Shown piece after piece: positions 30,246 to 39,509 of a stretch of 62,694 nucleotides of DNA. A program made the translations under genes and the position numbers. Each line of letters begins with the position of its first letter. The stretch's first letter is position 1. The notes under the pieces were generated by a model. The model was given only the letters and a program-made list of their open reading frames with translations, made no database searches and was not told the origin of the DNA. Source of the stretch: Gammaproteobacteria bacterium (lineage in GTDB: Bacteria; Pseudomonadota; Gammaproteobacteria; DAOVJZ01); contig JAOUJV010000005.1 of the NCBI GenBank assembly GCA_029882995.1, positions 1 through 62,694 of the forward strand. The letters are read 5' to 3'.

Positions 30246-30333
30246 TTTCGTGACAAAGGCAAACCAGTCGAAAGGCTGGGACGCAAAGTTACCTACCTGT
30301 GGCCAATGGCTATGGCAGAGGGACTTACCGGAG
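30246..30333 (+). ncRNA. c-di-GMP-I (GEMM-I) riboswitch
   Basis: GGCAAACC-AGTC-GAAA-GGCT-GGGACGCAAAG...ATGGCAG...TTACCG matches the class I consensus; ends at the RBS of the next gene. Confidence 0.9.
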
Positions 30334-30337
30334 AAGC

Positions 30338-30835
30338 ATGATGAAAACCTGGGAGTTATTACAACGGCTTGCCGCCTGTATGGTCGGTGTCCTGTTTACC
30401 ATCAATACCGCAAATGCTGAAAGTTTTGCTGATTCATTCAGAGACTTCGTGCTGGGATCAGAAGCTCAGGCTCGCACCATAACACCGGCTGATTTTGGCA
30501 CCAACAGTCAAAGTGGCAAATGCATGCAATGCCACGACAGCATTCACCTCAAACGTGCCGGAACCCCCATGCAATTTCAAGGCAATGCCAGCACCAATCA
30601 CCCGGTAGGCATGTCATACGCCCAGCATGCCAACAAGAGTCCTGCAACCTACGTGCGCCCTGCTTCACTGAATCATCGTATTCAACTGGAAAATGGTCAG
30701 GTTGGTTGCGTTAGTTGTCATCAAGCAAAAACAACTGAATCGGTTGCTGTAAACACTCCAGACTGCACCTCAACCAAAGAACTGGCAACAGGTCATGATC
30801 AAACCAGTCTATGTATGTCGTGTCACGTCATGTGA
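30338..30835 (+). CDS. Secreted triheme c-type cytochrome (doubled-CxxCH family)
   Basis: Signal peptide (ANA|E); CMQCH, CVSCH, CMSCH; NHPVG motif; start set at ATG 30338. Confidence 0.88.
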   Translation: MMKTWELLQRLAACMVGVLFTINTANAESFADSFRDFVLGSEAQARTITPADFGTNSQSGKCMQCHDSIHLKRAGTPMQFQGNASTNHPVGMSYAQHANKSPATYVRPASLNHRIQLENGQVGCVSCHQAKTTESVAVNTPDCTSTKELATGHDQTSLCMSCHVM

Positions 30836-30980
30836 ATCCAGAAATTGTATTTATACACCTGTATCAGATTTTAATATGTATAAATATATCCTCATTCGAA
30901 TGATTTAGCTTATTCACGTTCCATGACACGCATTCTGGAATTGATGAAATCAAAATGGGTGTGTGACAATAACTCCTCTG

Positions 30981-31604
30981 CTATAACGAACTGATGTATT
31001 CTGATAACGCTTCAATCTCATCATCAGTTAGTTTTAAAAGCACTATTTGCATCAGGTTGAATATATCTACCGGACGCTTTCCTGTTTGCATATCCTTCAT
31101 TGTTTTATACATATATTCCTTATTCTGCCCTTTTATCAACGGTGCTCCATCAATATAGGCTGTGGCCGGATCGGCATCTAACCCGTGACAAAAATGACAA
31201 TTGCGACTCAGGTATACATCTTTCCCCTTCTTGCCAAGTTCGGTTTCTTTTTTTGTTCCTGTCATGGCCGGGCGGCTTGCGAAGTATTCAGAAATGGCTC
31301 TGATGTCTTTTGTTTTCACGTTTTCAAGCACATCAGCCATCAGGGTGCTGATCCTGCGGCCTGATTTATAATCCAGAGTCTGGTTAACGAGGTAATCTAC
31401 ATCCTGCCCGATCAGCTTGGGGATCAAGGGATCCGGATTATTATTATCTGCCGTATGGCACTCAAAACACAGGCGTGCCATTTTGTCACCCTCTGACAAT
31501 TTTTCTGCGCCAGTAACATTAAGGGAAATAACAAAAAAAGTGATACATAGTCCTGTATAAGTTGCAGATTTCATTATTGAGCTTTGAAAAACAACATGCC
31601 GCAA
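30981..31604 (-). CDS. Diheme cytochrome c4-type
   Basis: CFECH...PKLIGQ..DYL...M and CHFCH...PLIKGQ..EY...M duplicated class I domains. Confidence 0.88.
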   Translation of the reverse strand: MRHVVFQSSIMKSATYTGLCITFFVISLNVTGAEKLSEGDKMARLCFECHTADNNNPDPLIPKLIGQDVDYLVNQTLDYKSGRRISTLMADVLENVKTKDIRAISEYFASRPAMTGTKKETELGKKGKDVYLSRNCHFCHGLDADPATAYIDGAPLIKGQNKEYMYKTMKDMQTGKRPVDIFNLMQIVLLKLTDDEIEALSEYISSL

Positions 31605-31605
31605 C

Positions 31606-32478
31606 TTAACCAGGAATATAACTACCCGTACTTTTAATAGCCCGGATAATTTTCATTGTGGATATCTCAAGTTCCTTGATTGCTTTTTTATATTTACTAT
31701 GAGAAGCAAGTTCTTCTGCCTTGTTCCTGTGTTCCGTGGCAGCAGATTTGTATACTGCAACAATTTTATTCAGAGAGTCATCATCAGGAAATTCTGACAA
31801 GAACATACTTAACAACATAAAATGGGTATCATTCCTGTCGAGCTCATAATTGTACTCATCCTCGGCACTATCAAAACTAAGAGTATTAACCAAAGTATCG
31901 CCTGTTCTCATTGTAACAATGGTCGCTTCTACAAGCTCCAATGCCCTGTGAACAATAGCAATGGCCTTTTTATAGTGTTTTTTGAAATATTCCTGATCAG
32001 CCTGTTTGGTGAGTTCGGTGACCTTGTTTATTATAATCTGGGTTTCTTCAGTCTTGTCTTTGGTTGCACTTACCCGCCTTAATGCGTCTGTAAGCGCATT
32101 AACACTTCTTCTCTTTGTCTCATAATCATGTCTATCCTGTTCATTGCCCGTTCCTTTCAGGTTGGCATACATAATCGCTTCAAAAATGGCCTTCTTTGAG
32201 TTCTTTAGATGAAAATCGGCCTGTTTCAGATCACCCTTGCGGTATTCCCCAACCGCATTATCAAATGAGACCTGAGCATATTTAAAATACTGTTTAGCCA
32301 CATCACTGCCACTGTTTCTGATTTGCCTGCTAACCGATGACTCACTTAATAAACTTGCAATTGAGTTCACTCTTCTCTCGAAGTCTTTATTAGATTGGGC
32401 AAACAACGCACTATTGGCTGATAATATGGCTGCTATAAAAACCAGAATTTTAAATTTCTTGTTCATAATCTTCTCCAT
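31606..32478 (-). CDS. Hypothetical periplasmic all-helical protein
   Basis: Signal peptide; repeated helical-hairpin pattern; no heme motif. Confidence 0.75.
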   Translation of the reverse strand: MEKIMNKKFKILVFIAAILSANSALFAQSNKDFERRVNSIASLLSESSVSRQIRNSGSDVAKQYFKYAQVSFDNAVGEYRKGDLKQADFHLKNSKKAIFEAIMYANLKGTGNEQDRHDYETKRRSVNALTDALRRVSATKDKTEETQIIINKVTELTKQADQEYFKKHYKKAIAIVHRALELVEATIVTMRTGDTLVNTLSFDSAEDEYNYELDRNDTHFMLLSMFLSEFPDDDSLNKIVAVYKSAATEHRNKAEELASHSKYKKAIKELEISTMKIIRAIKSTGSYIPG

Positions 32479-32527
32479 ATTGGGTCACAACAACTTCCCT
32501 GGTTTGTTTTAATTTCTATATTCATAT

Positions 32528-33223
32528 CTACTTTTCGCCACTATGACATGAAGAACATTTTGATAAAGGAAATGCAACCTTCCCGTGGCAGACACCGCAT
32601 TTTTTCCCCATCAGGTTTTCCGCCATTGTTATGTTGTTTGAACCACTAAGCGGAGTAAAAATAGCCGGGTGACAATTAGCGCAATCAAGTATGGTGGTAT
32701 GTTGTTTATGAGGAAAAACAACATTTGGCATTGAACCCTTCACCTCCATAACAATATTCAGATCCATAACAATTGGCATTACCTCCTTGCCATCATAACT
32801 GTTAAGTGGCTTAATCTTGCCTGAATCCATTGCCTTGACCCAATCCACCTCATTTCCAGCCTTTGCCTCCGGAAAACCAAAAAGCGCTTCCTTGGGGTTT
32901 TGTAACATACGGGCTGCCCTGTTTGTGGGATCATGAATACCGTCTTCTATGGGGGCAAGATGCACTTCACCACCCTTTTTCAATAATCTGTTAAACCTGT
33001 TTACATCTGGTTTTTCAACACTTTTCTTTTTTACAATGGTATCTTTTTGGGTGTTGCTCATATCTTTTACTTCTGCCACCACTGTTGGTGAGTCAGACTT
33101 TTGAACTATTGGCTTTGAGGGGCTTAGATTAACATCCGCCTTGCTATCTACCGATGTGCAATTAACTACCAGTGCTGAAAATAGAATTGTAAATATATAT
33201 GTTAATGCACTTCGATTATTCAT
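32528..33223 (-). CDS. c7-type triheme cytochrome (possible lipoprotein)
   Basis: VVFPHKQH, CANCH, CGVCHGKVAF, CSSCH; LVVNC after the hydrophobic signal. Confidence 0.85.
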   Translation of the reverse strand: MNNRSALTYIFTILFSALVVNCTSVDSKADVNLSPSKPIVQKSDSPTVVAEVKDMSNTQKDTIVKKKSVEKPDVNRFNRLLKKGGEVHLAPIEDGIHDPTNRAARMLQNPKEALFGFPEAKAGNEVDWVKAMDSGKIKPLNSYDGKEVMPIVMDLNIVMEVKGSMPNVVFPHKQHTTILDCANCHPAIFTPLSGSNNITMAENLMGKKCGVCHGKVAFPLSKCSSCHSGEK

Positions 33224-33241
33224 AGCATATTCACTTTTAGC

Positions 33242-33673
33242 TTACTTTTTTTGTTTCTCGGGTACAGGCGTTGTTGTTATTTTTGGTTTATGACCCCGTA
33301 CATCCATAATCCTCTGCTGGGTACTATTGTGTACCTTGGTTTTAGTGCCCATCTCTGCCGAATGGCATAAATCACAATTTTCGATATCCCACGCAATTTT
33401 TCCATCATGACAGGCACCACAGTAACGACCATTGATGATGTCAGACATTTTCATCTTGTTCTCGCCCGCCTTGAACTTGAATTCAAGATCATCATGACAA
33501 ACCTTGCAGGTATAACGTATTCGATGGAACCAGTGGGGGAAAATGACAGGCCTGACACCGGCCTCATCAGCAAAATTGTTGAGTACAACATCTCCGTACT
33601 CTGTCTTGCCTTCGATAGGTAGAACACATACGGCTAGAAATACAACTAATCTGAATATTGATTTAACAAACAT
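33242..33673 (-). CDS. c7-type triheme cytochrome
   Basis: VIFPHWFH, CKVCH, CGACHDG, CDLCH; start set at MFVKS. Confidence 0.85.
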   Translation of the reverse strand: MFVKSIFRLVVFLAVCVLPIEGKTEYGDVVLNNFADEAGVRPVIFPHWFHRIRYTCKVCHDDLEFKFKAGENKMKMSDIINGRYCGACHDGKIAWDIENCDLCHSAEMGTKTKVHNSTQQRIMDVRGHKPKITTTPVPEKQKK

Positions 33674-33916
33674 AACTGACCTTTCAAAAAACCAGCCCTC
33701 CCTGACTAATTTTATAAACAGTAAAAACATCAGGTGCTTTTCCTGCTAGCCATCCTTGCCATTGCTACACCAAAAATCTCATCTATATCAGCAACGTGCA
33801 ACGCTTAATTAACTCATTGAATTCATTATAAACACTCTTATACCGATATGATATTTTTTTATCCGAAAAAAAAAGGCTATGTTTTTATACGGTTAGCTAT
33901 AAAAAACATGCTGGAC

Positions 33917-33930
33917 ATGATTTAAATCAA
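33917..33930. promoter_or_regulatory. FNR-like box (1 mismatch)
   Basis: ATGAT-TTAA-ATCAA upstream of the minus-strand c7 operon. Confidence 0.5.
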
Positions 33931-34053
33931 TTAGAGTTTTATTATGAACACCATATTGGCGGTACATAGACATACACGTTAGTCTGGGGTTAAACACAAA
34001 AAACCCCGCCATTGCTGCAGGGTTTAAAGCCAAAAACTTCGCAATATATCAGA

Positions 34054-34968
34054 CTATTCTCCTCCTGCTATCCCCAGCAAAACATCTTCAATCGCGCCGG
34101 GCGCACACATGATATTAAAGAAGGTGTGGCTACCCTGCATCATATTCAGATCAGGGAAGCTTTGTGCAATACGGAATTTGGGATGCAGTGCCAACACGTC
34201 ACCTTTGCTGATCAGTATTTCATAAGGCAGGTGGGGCGTGCCGCGCAGATACTCACCATCAATACGATCCATGATGTACTTGTCATTACTACATCCAGCT
34301 GTCATAGCAACACCAAATACAACTTCATCCTTATCAGGAATATCAACACGATATACTTTGGAAACACCCCCACGCCTTGACTCAAATCCTGCCTCAACTG
34401 CGTTTATTGCTTTCTCCTGACTGTCAAACTTGGCCAGTTTATATACGTCATCAAAATAAGGCATTACATCCTTGTACTGGTATTTACGCAATTTACTGGA
34501 AGTAAAACCATACTTGGAGCCATATTCAGTACCCTTACCACCCAATGCAGACACAAGCTGTTCGTAAACATCTCGTAAGTCGCTTTTCATGCGATAGATA
34601 TTGGCCATATAACGCGGATTGGTAGTGGAAACCTGTGTATTGTTTCCTGCCCTGGTAATTGCAATGCGTTGTACAGCACCAAAACCACCCATGTCAGAAT
34701 TAGCTGCATTGCTTTTCAGTGCGTCATTCGTAACTACAATAATATGAGCACCTTTATAGGGGGAATATTCACCTACTACTTCAAAACCACTTGCTTGAAG
34801 CGCGTCACGGATACTGCTCACAGCCGCACTATAATCAACACCCGCCTTGTTCATTGTATTTATATAAGGTCTGAATACTTCTTCTTCTGCCAACACAACA
34901 CTGGAAACAGATATGGCCAATACAGAAGCAGCCAGAAAACCAATTGTTCTTTTGTTGATAAATATCAT
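34054..34968 (-). CDS. Hypothetical periplasmic protein
   Basis: Signal peptide (VLA|E); 304 aa; no heme motif. Confidence 0.75.
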   Translation of the reverse strand: MIFINKRTIGFLAASVLAISVSSVVLAEEEVFRPYINTMNKAGVDYSAAVSSIRDALQASGFEVVGEYSPYKGAHIIVVTNDALKSNAANSDMGGFGAVQRIAITRAGNNTQVSTTNPRYMANIYRMKSDLRDVYEQLVSALGGKGTEYGSKYGFTSSKLRKYQYKDVMPYFDDVYKLAKFDSQEKAINAVEAGFESRRGGVSKVYRVDIPDKDEVVFGVAMTAGCSNDKYIMDRIDGEYLRGTPHLPYEILISKGDVLALHPKFRIAQSFPDLNMMQGSHTFFNIMCAPGAIEDVLLGIAGGE

Positions 34969-35047
34969 GCTATTTCTCTGGAGACTAATCGCTCGGCTCA
35001 GTATATCAGCATGGGGTACTAACGCTAGTAAATGGAGGGGGTCAATT

Positions 35048-35061
35048 TTGAGCTAGATCAA
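35048..35061. promoter_or_regulatory. FNR-like box (1 mismatch)
   Basis: TTGAG-CTAG-ATCAA in the divergent gap between 34968(-) and ccmC(+). Confidence 0.5.
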
Positions 35062-35202
35062 GAATTCCTGATTATTTTTATACAGAATGTGCGTTATTTT
35101 GGGCTATTTTCCATATTTACCTTGAGAAGCAAAATCTTAGGGCAATCTCTTGATAATTTCCGGTATAATGACAAGTTCCTGATAACATAACTACTTTTGA
35201 GT

Positions 35203-35937
35203 ATGTGGCAATTTTTTCACAAGCTGGCATCACCCAAATTTTTCTATGATTTCTCTAGCCGTTTAATCTTCTGGCTTGCCATCGTGACAATCATACTGAT
35301 GGCTAGCGGCTTGTACATGGGACTGGTTGAAGCGCCACCGGATTATCAACAGAAAGACAGCTATCGCATCATGTTTATTCATGTGCCGGCAGCATGGATG
35401 TCCATGTTTGTTTATATGGTGATGGCGATCACCGGTGCGATTAATCTGATCTGGCGCATCAAGCTGGCGGATATTATTTCCATGAGTTGTGCACCACTCG
35501 GTGCTTCGTTTACGTTTCTTGCACTGGTAACCGGCTCTATCTGGGGCAAACCGATGTGGGGAACATGGTGGGTATGGGATGCGCGCCTGACATCGGAATT
35601 GATTTTATTGTTTTTGTATCTCGGTTACATGGCATTGCGTGCTTCCATTGAAGACAAGACCAATGCATCACGTGCTGCGGCGGTACTCGCGCTGGTCGGT
35701 GTCGTGAATATTCCGATCATCCATTATTCGGTTGAATGGTGGAACACACTGCATCAGGGCCCGACGGTGACCAAGTTTGATAAACCTTCCATTCACACTT
35801 CCATGTTGATCCCGTTATTGCTGATGGCATTTGCGTTTAAAACCTATTTCGTGAGTGTGCTGTTGGTGCGTACTCGTACTGAATTGCTGGTCAGGGAGTT
35901 TCGCAGTAGCTGGGCCAGAAAGGAATTATCCAAATGA
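35203..35937 (+). CDS. ccmC: Heme exporter CcmC
   Basis: FIHVPAAW, WGKPMWGTWWVWDARLTSEL, WWNTLHQ (alternative TTG start at 35197). Confidence 0.97.
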   Translation: MWQFFHKLASPKFFYDFSSRLIFWLAIVTIILMASGLYMGLVEAPPDYQQKDSYRIMFIHVPAAWMSMFVYMVMAITGAINLIWRIKLADIISMSCAPLGASFTFLALVTGSIWGKPMWGTWWVWDARLTSELILLFLYLGYMALRASIEDKTNASRAAAVLALVGVVNIPIIHYSVEWWNTLHQGPTVTKFDKPSIHTSMLIPLLLMAFAFKTYFVSVLLVRTRTELLVREFRSSWARKELSK

Positions 35938-36101
35938 CCTTTGCAGAATTTATTGATATGGGTGGTTACGGCTCCTATGTGTGGAGCTCTTACGGTATTG
36001 CGCTGGTTGTACTTGTGGCCAATGTCGTTATCCCGCTGCTTAGCGCACGAAAACAGAAACGGGAATTGCTCGGCAAGTTGAAACGCATGGAGAATTCATG
36101 A
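35934..36101 (+). CDS. ccmD: Heme exporter protein CcmD (55 aa; not in ORF track)
   Basis: MTFAEFIDMGGYGSYVWSSYG...; ATGA overlaps with both ccmC and ccmE. Confidence 0.92.
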   Translation: MTFAEFIDMGGYGSYVWSSYGIALVVLVANVVIPLLSARKQKRELLGKLKRMENS

Positions 36102-36553
36102 ATCCAAAAAGAAAGAAACGATTAATCTATGTTGTGCTGATCGTGGCTGGTGTTGGTGCGGCAGCGGCGTTGATGGTGACCGCATTCCAGCAAAACATGA
36201 TGTACTTTATTACACCCACTGAAATCGCGGCCGGTGCTGTTCAGCAAGGACGCAGTATTCGTCTGGGTGGTGTTGTATCGGAAGGCAGTTTGCGACGTGA
36301 AAACGACGGACTGACCGTTCATTTTAAAGTGACGGACAATGCCAACGAAGTACCAGTACGCTACAAGGGCATCTTGCCCGATCTATTCAGAGAGGGTCAG
36401 GGGATCATTGCCATTGGCAAGGTCACTGCGGATAATCTTTTTGTGGCTGATGAAGTGCTGGCCAAGCATGATGAAAACTACATGCCACCTGAAGTAATGG
36501 AAGCACTCGAAAAATCAGGTGCCAAATCCCCACATAAACCGGAAGCCAAATAA
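36098..36553 (+). CDS. ccmE: Heme chaperone CcmE
   Basis: GILPDLFREGQG, VLAKHDENYMP. Confidence 0.97.
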   Translation: MNPKRKKRLIYVVLIVAGVGAAAALMVTAFQQNMMYFITPTEIAAGAVQQGRSIRLGGVVSEGSLRRENDGLTVHFKVTDNANEVPVRYKGILPDLFREGQGIIAIGKVTADNLFVADEVLAKHDENYMPPEVMEALEKSGAKSPHKPEAK

Positions 36554-36556
36554 AAC

Positions 36557-38518
36557 ATGATTCCTGAAATTGGTCATTATGCCTTAATCATGGCGCTGTG
36601 CCTTGCCATTGTGCAAAGCATTGTGCCGTTAGTTGGTGCGCAACGCGGCAATGCACAATGGATGGCGCTTACACGCCCTTCTGCTACCGGGCAATTTGTG
36701 TTTTTATCCATTGCCTTCTTTTGTCTGACTTATTCTTTTATACAAAATGATTTTTCTGTTCTGTATGTTGCGAAGAATTCCAACACCGCATTACCGATTG
36801 CCTATCGTATCTCCGCTGTCTGGGGTGCGCACGAAGGTTCGTTATTATTGTGGGCCTACTTGCTCGCTGGATGGACTATTGCCGTTGCCTTTTTCAGTCG
36901 CAGTTTGCCGCAAGTCATGGTGGCACGTGTGATCAGTATCATGGGTATGGTCAGTATCGGCTTTTTATTATTCATGATACTGACGTCCAATCCGTTTGAT
37001 CGTTTATTCCCGGCCGCACTGGAAGGCCGTGATCTGAATCCATTGTTACAGGATCCCGGACTGGTAATACATCCGCCCATGTTGTACATGGGTTATGTTG
37101 GTTTTTCTGTCGCGTTTGCGTTTTCTATCGCCGCATTAATCGGTGGCAACCTTGATGCAACATGGGCACGCTGGTCACGTCCGTGGACAACGGTAGCGTG
37201 GTCATTTTTAACACTGGGTATTGCACTCGGCAGCTGGTGGGCCTATTACGAACTCGGTTGGGGTGGCTGGTGGTTCTGGGATCCGGTGGAAAATGCCTCG
37301 TTCATGCCATGGCTGGTCGGTACTGCATTAATACATTCACAGGCCGTTACGGAAAAACGCAGTGCATTAAAGGCATGGACGGTATTGCTTGCCATTTTTG
37401 CGTTCTCATTAAGTTTACTGGGTACCTTCCTTGTGCGTTCCGGTGTACTGGTATCGGTACATGCGTTTGCAACCGATCCGGCACGCGGTACTTTTATCCT
37501 TGCCTTCCTTGTCGTGGTGGTGGGCAGTTCACTGGCGCTGTATGCATGGCGCGGTCCCAAGGTAGTGGGCGGTGGTCAGTTCGGCAGTTTTTCACGTGAG
37601 ACATTGTTGCTGGTCAATAACCTGTTGCTGGTGGTGACCGCCATCACGGTATTACTCGGCACACTGTATCCGTTAATTATGGACGCACTTGGTTTCGGCA
37701 AGATTTCTGTTGGCCCACCCTATTTCAACATGGTGTTTGTGCCGTTGATGCTGCCATTGTGTTTCCTTCTAGGCATTGGACCATTAACACGCTGGAAGCA
37801 GGATCAGCCGGAACGCGTTGTTAAACTGATGTGGCGTTTTTTGATTGCGGCATTCATTATTGCTGTCGCCTTCCTGTTCCTGTATGTCGCGGAAATCAAA
37901 CCCATGGTATTACTGGCTGTGTTTGTTGCGGCATGGGTGATGATCACGACCGGTTTTGCCTGGTACAAACAACGCAATGCCGGTCAGCGTAAATCAGTAA
38001 CGCCGGCGTTTCTCGGTATGGTGATGGCACATATCGGTATTGGCATGTTCATTATTGGTGTCACGCTGGTGGAAACCTACCATATTGAAAAAGACGTGAA
38101 GCTGGAAATGAATGAAAGCATCATGATGGGTGAGTATGAATTTAAATTCCTCGGTACCTCGCATGTTGACGGTCCCAATTACTCGGCTGAGCGCGGCAAT
38201 GTGCAGGTATTACTGGATAATAATGTTATTGCCACGCTTTATCCCGAAAAGCGTATTTATCATGCACAACGTAGCCCCATGACTGAAGCCGGTATTGATC
38301 CGGGTTTGTTCCGTGATCTGTTTGTTGCACTGGGTGAACCGCTCGACAACGGCGCATGGTCATTACGTGTTTATTACAAACCGTTTATCCGCTGGATCTG
38401 GCTGGGCTGTCTGGTAATGGCCATTGGCGGCTTCATTGCTGTTTCGGATCGTCGCTATCGTATTCGTGTGCAAAATAAAATCAGTGACAAGTTGGCTGCG
38501 CAGGGAGCAACTGCATGA
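36557..38518 (+). CDS. ccmF: Cytochrome c heme lyase CcmF
   Basis: WAYYELGWGGWWFWDPVENAS, SVHAFA. Confidence 0.98.
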   Translation: MIPEIGHYALIMALCLAIVQSIVPLVGAQRGNAQWMALTRPSATGQFVFLSIAFFCLTYSFIQNDFSVLYVAKNSNTALPIAYRISAVWGAHEGSLLLWAYLLAGWTIAVAFFSRSLPQVMVARVISIMGMVSIGFLLFMILTSNPFDRLFPAALEGRDLNPLLQDPGLVIHPPMLYMGYVGFSVAFAFSIAALIGGNLDATWARWSRPWTTVAWSFLTLGIALGSWWAYYELGWGGWWFWDPVENASFMPWLVGTALIHSQAVTEKRSALKAWTVLLAIFAFSLSLLGTFLVRSGVLVSVHAFATDPARGTFILAFLVVVVGSSLALYAWRGPKVVGGGQFGSFSRETLLLVNNLLLVVTAITVLLGTLYPLIMDALGFGKISVGPPYFNMVFVPLMLPLCFLLGIGPLTRWKQDQPERVVKLMWRFLIAAFIIAVAFLFLYVAEIKPMVLLAVFVAAWVMITTGFAWYKQRNAGQRKSVTPAFLGMVMAHIGIGMFIIGVTLVETYHIEKDVKLEMNESIMMGEYEFKFLGTSHVDGPNYSAERGNVQVLLDNNVIATLYPEKRIYHAQRSPMTEAGIDPGLFRDLFVALGEPLDNGAWSLRVYYKPFIRWIWLGCLVMAIGGFIAVSDRRYRIRVQNKISDKLAAQGATA

Positions 38519-39048
38519 ACCGTTATTTGTGGCCGCTTGGTATTTTTATCGCACTCGTGATTTTACTGGGTGTTGGTCTGACACTAAATCCGCGTGAAGT
38601 CCCTTCCCCGTTTATTGGCAAGCCGGCACCGGCCTTTGTTCTGCCAACGGTGCATGATACAAATAAACAATTTTCGCATGAAGAATTCAAAGGAAAGGTT
38701 TCACTGTTTAATGTCTGGGCATCATGGTGTGTCGCCTGTCGTGAAGAACATCCGTTGCTGGTTGAGTTATCAAAAACCAGTGACATTCCGATTTATGGTC
38801 TTAACTACAAGGACAAGATCGCTGATGCCAAACGCTGGCTCAAAACGCTGGGCAATCCGTATATCGACAGTGCTTCTGATATTGAAGGCAAGGCCGGTTT
38901 TAACTGGGGTGTATACGGTGTGCCGGAAACCTTTTTGATCGATAAGAAGGGCATTATTCGTTATAAAAAAATTGGGCCGATCACAACACAGGATTTAAAG
39001 GAAAAAATTCTGCCGCTGGTTAAACAACTGCGTGGAGAAGCCGGATGA
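38515..39048 (+). CDS. ccmG: Thiol:disulfide oxidoreductase CcmG/DsbE
   Basis: WASWCVAC, GVYGVPETF. Confidence 0.96.
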   Translation: MNRYLWPLGIFIALVILLGVGLTLNPREVPSPFIGKPAPAFVLPTVHDTNKQFSHEEFKGKVSLFNVWASWCVACREEHPLLVELSKTSDIPIYGLNYKDKIADAKRWLKTLGNPYIDSASDIEGKAGFNWGVYGVPETFLIDKKGIIRYKKIGPITTQDLKEKILPLVKQLRGEAG

Positions 39049-39509
39049 AAAAGCTTCTGGTCCTGACCCTGTTTTTGTTTTCATCACTTGCCTTTGCCGC
39101 ACCGGTAGAAACACTGGACGACATGACACCTGAACAGGAAAAGCGTTATCGCCAGTTGATTGCGGAATTACGTTGTCTTGTTTGTATGAACCAGTCGCTG
39201 GCCGATTCCAATGCCGAGCTTGCAGTCGACATGCGTAACGAGGTGCACAAGAAAGTAGTTTCCGGTCAGGCCAATCAGGAAATCGTGGATTTTCTGGTGG
39301 AACGTTACGGTGACTTTGTGCGTTATCGTCCGCCCGTCAATGCCACCACTGTCCTGCTCTGGTTTGGCCCGCTTATTCTGCTTGTGATCGGTGCAATTGT
39401 GTTAATTAAGAACAACAAAAAGAAACGGGCAACCGCGTCACTCAGTGAAGAGCAGCATGAAAAGGCAAAACGCCTGCTTGATACCATTAGCGAGGAAAAC
39501 AACTCATGA
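39045..39509 (+). CDS. ccmH: Cytochrome c biogenesis protein CcmH
   Basis: ELRCLVC.NQSLADS, RYGDFVRY.P. Confidence 0.96.
   Translation: MKKLLVLTLFLFSSLAFAAPVETLDDMTPEQEKRYRQLIAELRCLVCMNQSLADSNAELAVDMRNEVHKKVVSGQANQEIVDFLVERYGDFVRYRPPVNATTVLLWFGPLILLVIGAIVLIKNNKKKRATASLSEEQHEKAKRLLDTISEENNS

Noticed and set aside
30258-30258. cGAMP-sensing (GEMM-Ib) variant of the riboswitch
   Set aside because: The discriminator position is G, not A.
14785-30835. Labelling the cluster mtrCAB/mtoAB or assigning omcE/uet/cbc gene symbols
   Set aside because: No decaheme MtrA-type protein; the resemblances are from memory and need searches, so symbols were left blank.
30941-30953. TTGAT-GAA-ATCAA FNR-like site
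   Set aside because: 3-nt spacer, and it lies between convergent gene ends.
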